Of a stretch of DNA of 64,000 nucleotides, positions 57,276 to 64,000 are shown piece after piece. The notes under the pieces were generated by a model that made no database searches, was not told the origin of the DNA, and saw only the letters and a list, made by a program, of their open reading frames with translations. The position numbers and the translations under genes were made by a program. This stretch comes from Vicugna vicugna (taxonomy: Eukaryota): the NCBI GenBank assembly GCA_013265495.1, contig MU057930.1, positions 1,628,057 through 1,692,056 of the forward strand, read 5' to 3'. Numbering within the stretch: the stretch's first letter is position 1; the number at the start of each line of letters is the position of its first letter.

Positions 57276-58527
57276 TCAGCACCTCTTTCTTTCATTTTCG
57301 TCTCATTCTCCCTCTCCGCCCCCCACTGGACACCGGTTTTATGGGATGTTCTTACACTACACACACACACAAGCACACAAAGAGTTTAAAAAAATGAAAC
57401 AGCATTTACACTTTAGCTGAGGAGGTAAAAACATGCAATTGCTTTATCTTTCCTCGATTTAGTGTGATGTTAGCATCTCCATCCCCAGATGTTATAAATA
57501 AAACATCTCAGGGCAATCACATCCCCCATTCCCTAAAAATATGCTTCACAGCCATAAGAGGTCAAAAGCCATTTTGTCTCACTGGCAAAATCAGGTGCCA
57601 CTTTCTGATGAGGAAAAAATAATCAGCTGAAATCACTTTAGGAGTACAAAATCCAGAATTTATTTTTTATTTCCACCCTCTCTGTATTGAAGGTATTAAA
57701 ATGTGCAATTAAAATAAACTAAATTAGCTATTCCTAAAGAAGTCATCATTTGAATGTCCCGTTGAAACATTTTTTTTTTAAATTAACTTCAACATTGCAT
57801 CCGCTCAAAGCCCAAGACTTTTGTACAATTTATTTTGCCACATTTTAAACATGTCTCTTGGATGAGAAAGGTGAAAACTCTGGGGCCGTTTTAGGAGTAA
57901 AAATTTAGGAGTAAAATTCTGTGTAGCTTAAGATTTTTCTGTCAGATCAGTCTAGCAGATGGGTGTCTGAAAGTAAACAAAAGTCAGATTTTAACTACCC
58001 CGGGACAAGACATGATGGGCTATAGAAAATCGTAGCATCCTCTTCCTTGTCTCTTCCCACCACTTCCTTGAACTCAAGCTTCGGTGCCTCCTGAGTAGCT
58101 GGGAGAACAAAGCACTGATCTGGAAGTCGAGAAGTTCATGCCCTGTCGACTTCAAGCCACCAAAGATGAAGAAAACTCGACTGCCATCAGGAAGACGTGG
58201 TTCTAAAGAGCAGAGGACTGCCCAAAGGTACACCCGAGACCGAGACTTTACATTGACCTGGCTATGCCCACCAAACTCATCATCAAACTCATGTGGGGGC
58301 CAATTTCTCAATGTTTTGGATTCTGCTGGAAACACACAAGTATTGACTTGTGCGTCTGGTTCTAAAGAGGGCTGTGTCAAAGCACCTGAAGGAAACAATG
58401 TCAGTATTTGATCTGTTGAAGACCTTCATAAAATAAGACAATCAGAATTAGAAACATGCTGCTAGAAGTTACGTATTTTTCTCTCTATCTCTCTCTCTAA
58501 CAACAATTGGCCATGATGGAGGTAGCA

Positions 58528-58559
<32 letters not shown>

Positions 58560-58736
58560 ATGCTTGTTAGGGAAGGAATATAACTTGTGATAAAATTCAA
58601 AAAATTTAAGGAAAAAAATCACCTACAATTCATACTAGAAGAGTTACTTTAATAGTTTCGTATCATTCTTTTCTTGGTTCTTTATCTACTGTGGGTCTGA
58701 TGCATGTCACAGTGGCCAGTATCTGCACATTATACT

Positions 58737-58870
58737 GATTTCACAATTAAGGAACTCCCCTGTTTCCTCAGGATTGGAGGATTGTCTGGAATAACATCCC
58801 TGTCCGTGAAAGGACCAAAGGAAATGTGGTACCCGGCCAGGGTGATGGTCTGCTGGGTAAGCTCTTTACA
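58737..58870 (-). pseudogene. Degenerate partial duplicate of the 790-bp NLGN4X exon, lying in the preceding intron
   Basis: Aligns to 56859-56993 with 32 substitutions and 1 gap over 135 nt. Translates [45 protein letters not shown] versus [45 protein letters not shown]. Confidence 0.85.
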
Positions 58871-59782
58871 CTGTGTCTCCCAGGCTCATGCGTATCTTAA
58901 GCACAGTTCTTAAAATGAACTGTTGTTCCTTTGAGTAAACGCACGTGCCTCTTATAACAGTCTTGTCTTTTTTAGCCTTTTAGCTTTTCATTTCCTTCTT
59001 TGCTATGAGAATGCTGCGGTGAACATCTCCATGAAAACATCTTTTTTTTCCCCATGTGTATGTTGACTCCATTAACCTCTGTTGCTCGAAGTGCCATTCC
59101 TAAGGCCAACGGTCTGGACTATGTTTGTAATTCTTGATTCTATTGCTGGGTTGCTTTGGAAGAACTTCTCTTTAGAAATGAATTCACATGCAAGGCATTG
59201 TCCCACAGCAGAGTCATTTCTGATCTATTGATTTAAGTAATTAACATCCTTGCCCCAGTTAGCTGGGGCTGACAGGTGTTCAATCACTCCTGAAGGTGGT
59301 CCTGACTGCTTTGTTAATCGACAAACGCGACTATATCCACGGAGATGTGGGAACGTCTAGGTATTTCCTGAAATGCTATAGGCATCACTATTACCACAAT
59401 GATCTGATTTTCTCACTTTTCCCTTTCCTTAAAATAAAGGATGAACACAAACATAAGCCCTGCATTCTGCCTCTCCTCACCCTTACTATGACATCAAGAA
59501 TCAAGAAGTTCAGATTTCCGAAGACTTGAAGATCACTGTATCTTGCTAATGGAGAAATCAAGGTGCAGAAGGAGTCAGCAACTTTCCCACCATAGTGAGG
59601 GAAGCGAGAAAAATAAAATAAGGCGCTGTCACTCGGCGTGATTATACTCCCCCCCCTTTTATTTTTAGCATGTTTATAGCACTTTAAAGAAAGATACTAC
59701 AAGACTCTTAAAAGAAAAATAATTCCTTTAAAGTTGCAAGTGTTTTGATATGAACGGTTCAAATAGAGGTGGTGCCATTCTT

Positions 59783-59921
59783 TTGGGGGGAGGTAATTAG
59801 TTTTTGTTTGTTTATTTATTCATTCATTCATTTATTATTTTTAAATGGAGATGCTGGGGATTGAACCCAGGACCTCGTGCATGCTAAACACATGCTCTAC
59901 CGCTGAGCTATAGCCATCCGC
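59783..59921 (-). mobile_element. Vic-1-like SINE
   Basis: ggggattgaacccaggacctcgtgcatgcta; degenerate TSD aga(g/a)gtggtgc. Confidence 0.85.
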
Positions 59922-60469
59922 AGAAGTGGTGCAATGCTTAAAGCAACCAATGACACAGAAGGAAATGTAACGTGACCTTGATGGTTTACATTGTTATGAC
60001 AAATATTCACCTGTGCCCGCCAAGGGATCCCAGGGCTACATTTTCTTGTTTTGTTTTGCTTTTTGTTTCATTTTTGAGAGGAGAGACAAAAGGAAGTTAC
60101 CACGGTACTTCCAGACCAACTGCATCGAATCCCTGTTGATATTTCTTTTAAATCTCTCACTGGACATAGCTGAGAACCTCCATCACCAATGACCAAAGAC
60201 TTACCCTGAGGTAGCTTGCAACAAAAAAAAGGGACTTTATAAACACATGGTTACAAGCTTTCTTTATGATGAAATCTACTGATCTTCAGCCATCATCTGC
60301 GTACTGTTTTTCTTTCATATTACTTGTCCCAAGTTGAAAATAGAAGTTAACAAAGTTTAAAGATGACCGAAGAAAGTCGGAAAGGCAAAAGTAAGGGGTT
60401 GGCGTGTCCAAAGAAGTTACGTTGTAATTATTGTAAGCAACGCCGACCATCATGAATCTCACTGAGAAA

Positions 60470-60688
60470 ATATATATTGTTCAAATGTTAATAATACTGT
60501 ATTGCTACTTAAAAGTTTCTAAGAGAGGAAATCTTAAAATTCTCAGCTGAAAGAAAAAAAAATTGAATCTAAATGGTGAGGAATGTTAACGAGACTGACC
60601 CTGGTGACTGTTTTGCAACATAGATGTATATCAAATCGTTACGCCTGGAACTAACATAATGTTGCCTGTCCATTATACCTCAGTTTTA
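60470..60688 (+). mobile_element. Old L1MB-like 3' end
   Basis: gttaataatactgtattg...tcttaaaattctca...tatcaaatc...aatgttg..tgtccattatacctca. Confidence 0.6.
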
Positions 60689-60712
60689 AACGTTAGGAAG
60701 AAAGCTGACTCA

Positions 60713-61099
<387 letters not shown>

Positions 61100-64000
61100 T
61101 CATCAACACCGCTGCCATCTGAAAAGATACTTTGTGGTTGACTTCATTCAGGCTTTACTTCTTCTCCCGAAGCAACAGTGTAGCAGGTTTTCTGTGGCAG
61201 AAAGAATTACGTTGTTCAAATAACAGTTGCCACAGTCTTGTTTCTGTGGACGCTATGATGACGCGTCTCATCTGTGGGTTCGTATGGGGCTAACATACAA
61301 GGCGAAATGGATCTAAAATATCTACAGTAGGTGACAACACCAGGGACTTAATAAATTTTACTAGATTCAACTCATCATTTCTGCGTCCGTGTCGATTCTC
61401 CTTGGCAAGACGAAAGAGGCTCTTAAAAGAAGCTTTTCAGAGGAAAAAAATGTCTGTGTTGGCATCTGTGCGTAAGACTGTGTACAGTGTTTATAAGAAC
61501 AGTATAGATTTTTCCCACTGAGTTCCTTATGCATATTTTAATTTAACTCCTTTCAATGCTTAAATTTCAAAGTGAATTACAGCCATCATGACCTTCCACT
61601 CTTAGTTTAGTATGCATCTCTTTTTCTGCATGGAAAAAAAATATTACAGTTACATGCAAAAAAAAAACCTTATAATTCTTTAATCTCAGCCAAAAGCCAA
61701 TGCATATTCAAATCTCCCCAACCGTCCCCAAACAGCATGAGCTGCTACACTTGATTTTAAAAAGGAGGAGGATTCCGTAAATGAAGGAATTAGTTTGCAC
61801 TCCAGGCGTCAAATTCTAAATTCCTCCTTCAAAGCTGCAAATAAGGCCATACGGGTACCTACTTATAGCAAAGCGCTCAGGTGCAGAGATCTCCCTCCCT
61901 GCCTGCTCCTCTCACTCTGCAGGAAGATCTTGACCTGGAAACACTGCTTTCCTCTCATGTTTCAAGTCATTTTGTTGAAGAGACATTCTCGTAGTCAAGA
62001 GTCACAAATGTGAATATGTTATAAAGCATCCTCCAAACTTCAATCATTGTACAAACTTTCATCCAACTTTATGTCCAAATCTGTCTTGAGTAAGTCTTTT
62101 GGGAGCGGAAAAAAACTCATAAAAAGGTGGTTCCCCCCCCCCCCCGTTTCTTACTGTTTTTTGCCTCCATCTCCAAATCCCCAGTTAGGATATTTTTGCT
62201 TTCGGTACCATTTCTTTCTTACAAAACGTCACGACATACACCCATTTCAATGAATGCTTATTAAGTAGCCGTGGCTGCCTGCAGCAGCGTTTATACGAAG
62301 GCAGAATAAAGCCCCTAAAATCACAGAAATCAGAACGGACGTCTTCACACGCATCCCTAACCAAAGGTGACAGCCTTCCCAGGAGCTCTCGGGGAACCAG
62401 CTTCTCAAACCTGAAACAAAATCCGAACGGAAAGGGTCTCACATCCGTTAAGGGAACAGGGCTTCGCAGAAGTTCGCCGAGCACCTACCTGTGCAAAGTG
62501 GAATACGGGAGCCAAAGGGGATTAGGAACCAATGGCCTGGCTCAAAGGAAAGCAGCAGGAAGGGGTGGTTTTTGTCATTGTGGTTGCCGTCCCGCAGTCA
62601 TTAGGGCTCACAGCCCCACAGCCTGAGATGCCACATGACAAGGTTGCACGTTCAGGGCTCATCCCACAAATCACACGCTGTCTCAAGCTCACGGGGGCGG
62701 ATGTGGGCTTGGCTGTGAGGAGCGGGCAGGTTCAGACATTACCAGGCGCTCCCTTATTTAATTAGCAATTACTAATTGGTGCTTCCTGCCCGGGAAATGT
62801 TCCGGGTCCCCTGCATTCATCCCTCTGTGCTCTACACGCTTTTCTGGTAAAATGGATCGCGGCCTGCTTGGGAGAAAAGCCTCTTTCACGCGGCTTTATG
62901 CAGGAAAACGGGCCGATAATGGCCGTTTGGGTGCCGGGTAATCACCCCAGGACAAGCCTCTCTCCCCTCATTAAGGAAAAGAGGTGATTAACGTCTGCAG
63001 GCTGCAGACCCTTTCCGGCAGCGTTTGCTCCGGCCGCCTCCCTCCCTCCATCTGCTGCCCCGCAGGCGCCTATCTGCCCATTGTTTGCTGCGCAGAAAGG
63101 CCTGAGCATTTGCAACGTGTGCTAAATCCACCAGCTTCTATTCAACCAGCGCCCCTCCCTCCCCGGCAGAAACCTGACTGCCGTCACCTCCCCGAGGGCA
63201 GTCTTATTAACATTCGGTGCCCTGGCAAGTCCCACTTCTTGAAAAGATCACGCCACTGGAAGGTCTGGTCTTCGGGATTCTGACCTCTTTCCAAAAGTCC
63301 CCAGTGAAACAGCTCCCCAGGCGCGTCTCTGAAGTTGAGCAAATGAACCTGCTTGGGGTTGTTTTTGAAGCTGGGGTTTCCACAGCATCTGCCCTGGCGT
63401 CTTCACATACTCAAACACCCAGGGGTTAATTATGTTTTGTTTTACTGCTTTTTTTTTTAAATTTAAATGATCAAGGGGTCCAAGTCCCCATCGCAGGTGC
63501 AGAAGGAGTGCAAGGCATTGGATTTATTTTCTCTATGAGAGCAAATGCCTTTTCTCTTCTGATGGTCAAAATGCAGTGCTTGAGATAATGGAGACATGGG
63601 ACGCATGTGGGGTTTCCCAGCATCGACTGTCGGATCGACATGTGAGCAGCTGATCGATTTGCAGACAGCCACACACTTGTGACCAAAGACAGAGACGTCC
63701 CTAGAAGTCAGTTTCTCAGATGAGTATATGAGGTTCTTTACACGCCGTAGACGAATTCGTGGAAGCGGCCCCTTGCCTGGCTGAAACCAGAGATTTTTCA
63801 ACAAATGGCTCCTTTCATGGACAGGCATTCTCGGCTCCAAAATCCTCTGAGCATGTCAGCTGATGAAACATTGGCTTTTGAGATTTACTGTCTCTGAAGC
63901 GAAGCTTGTAGATCAGTAAGCGTCTGGCCCCCGCCCCCAACAACTGAACAATGAACGACGGACACAAAAGAGACCATTTGAATTCAGACAGATTAGTGAC

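Overview
This is mammalian DNA, most likely camelid, because it carries several tRNA-Ala(AGC)-derived Vic-1-like SINEs. The only protein-coding gene is the 3' half of neuroligin-4 (NLGN4X orthologue) on the minus strand. It has three coding exons with canonical, phase-compatible GT-AG junctions (61053-60868, 57148-56359, 46508-45659) and a ~2.9 kb 3'UTR ending at an AATAAA at 42741-42746. The remaining ~42 kb is downstream intergenic DNA with 5'-truncated L1 3' ends, MaLR and ERV1-like solo LTRs, Tigger1 and MER20 relics, GATA/GAT simple repeats and one 125-N gap. The most notable unannotated structure is a decayed ~135 bp copy of the 790-bp exon (~76% identity by my hand alignment) in the preceding intron at 58737-58870. 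Other oddities are a triplicated 232-bp unit holding an L1 inversion junction, an adjacent pre-miRNA-sized hairpin, serial L1 insertions into one target site, twin independent solo LTRs and a 64-bp minisatellite with higher-order structure. I see no evidence for a new multi-gene system. Repeat family names come from recalled consensus motifs, not database searches, and repeat boundaries without target-site duplications (TSDs) are approximate.
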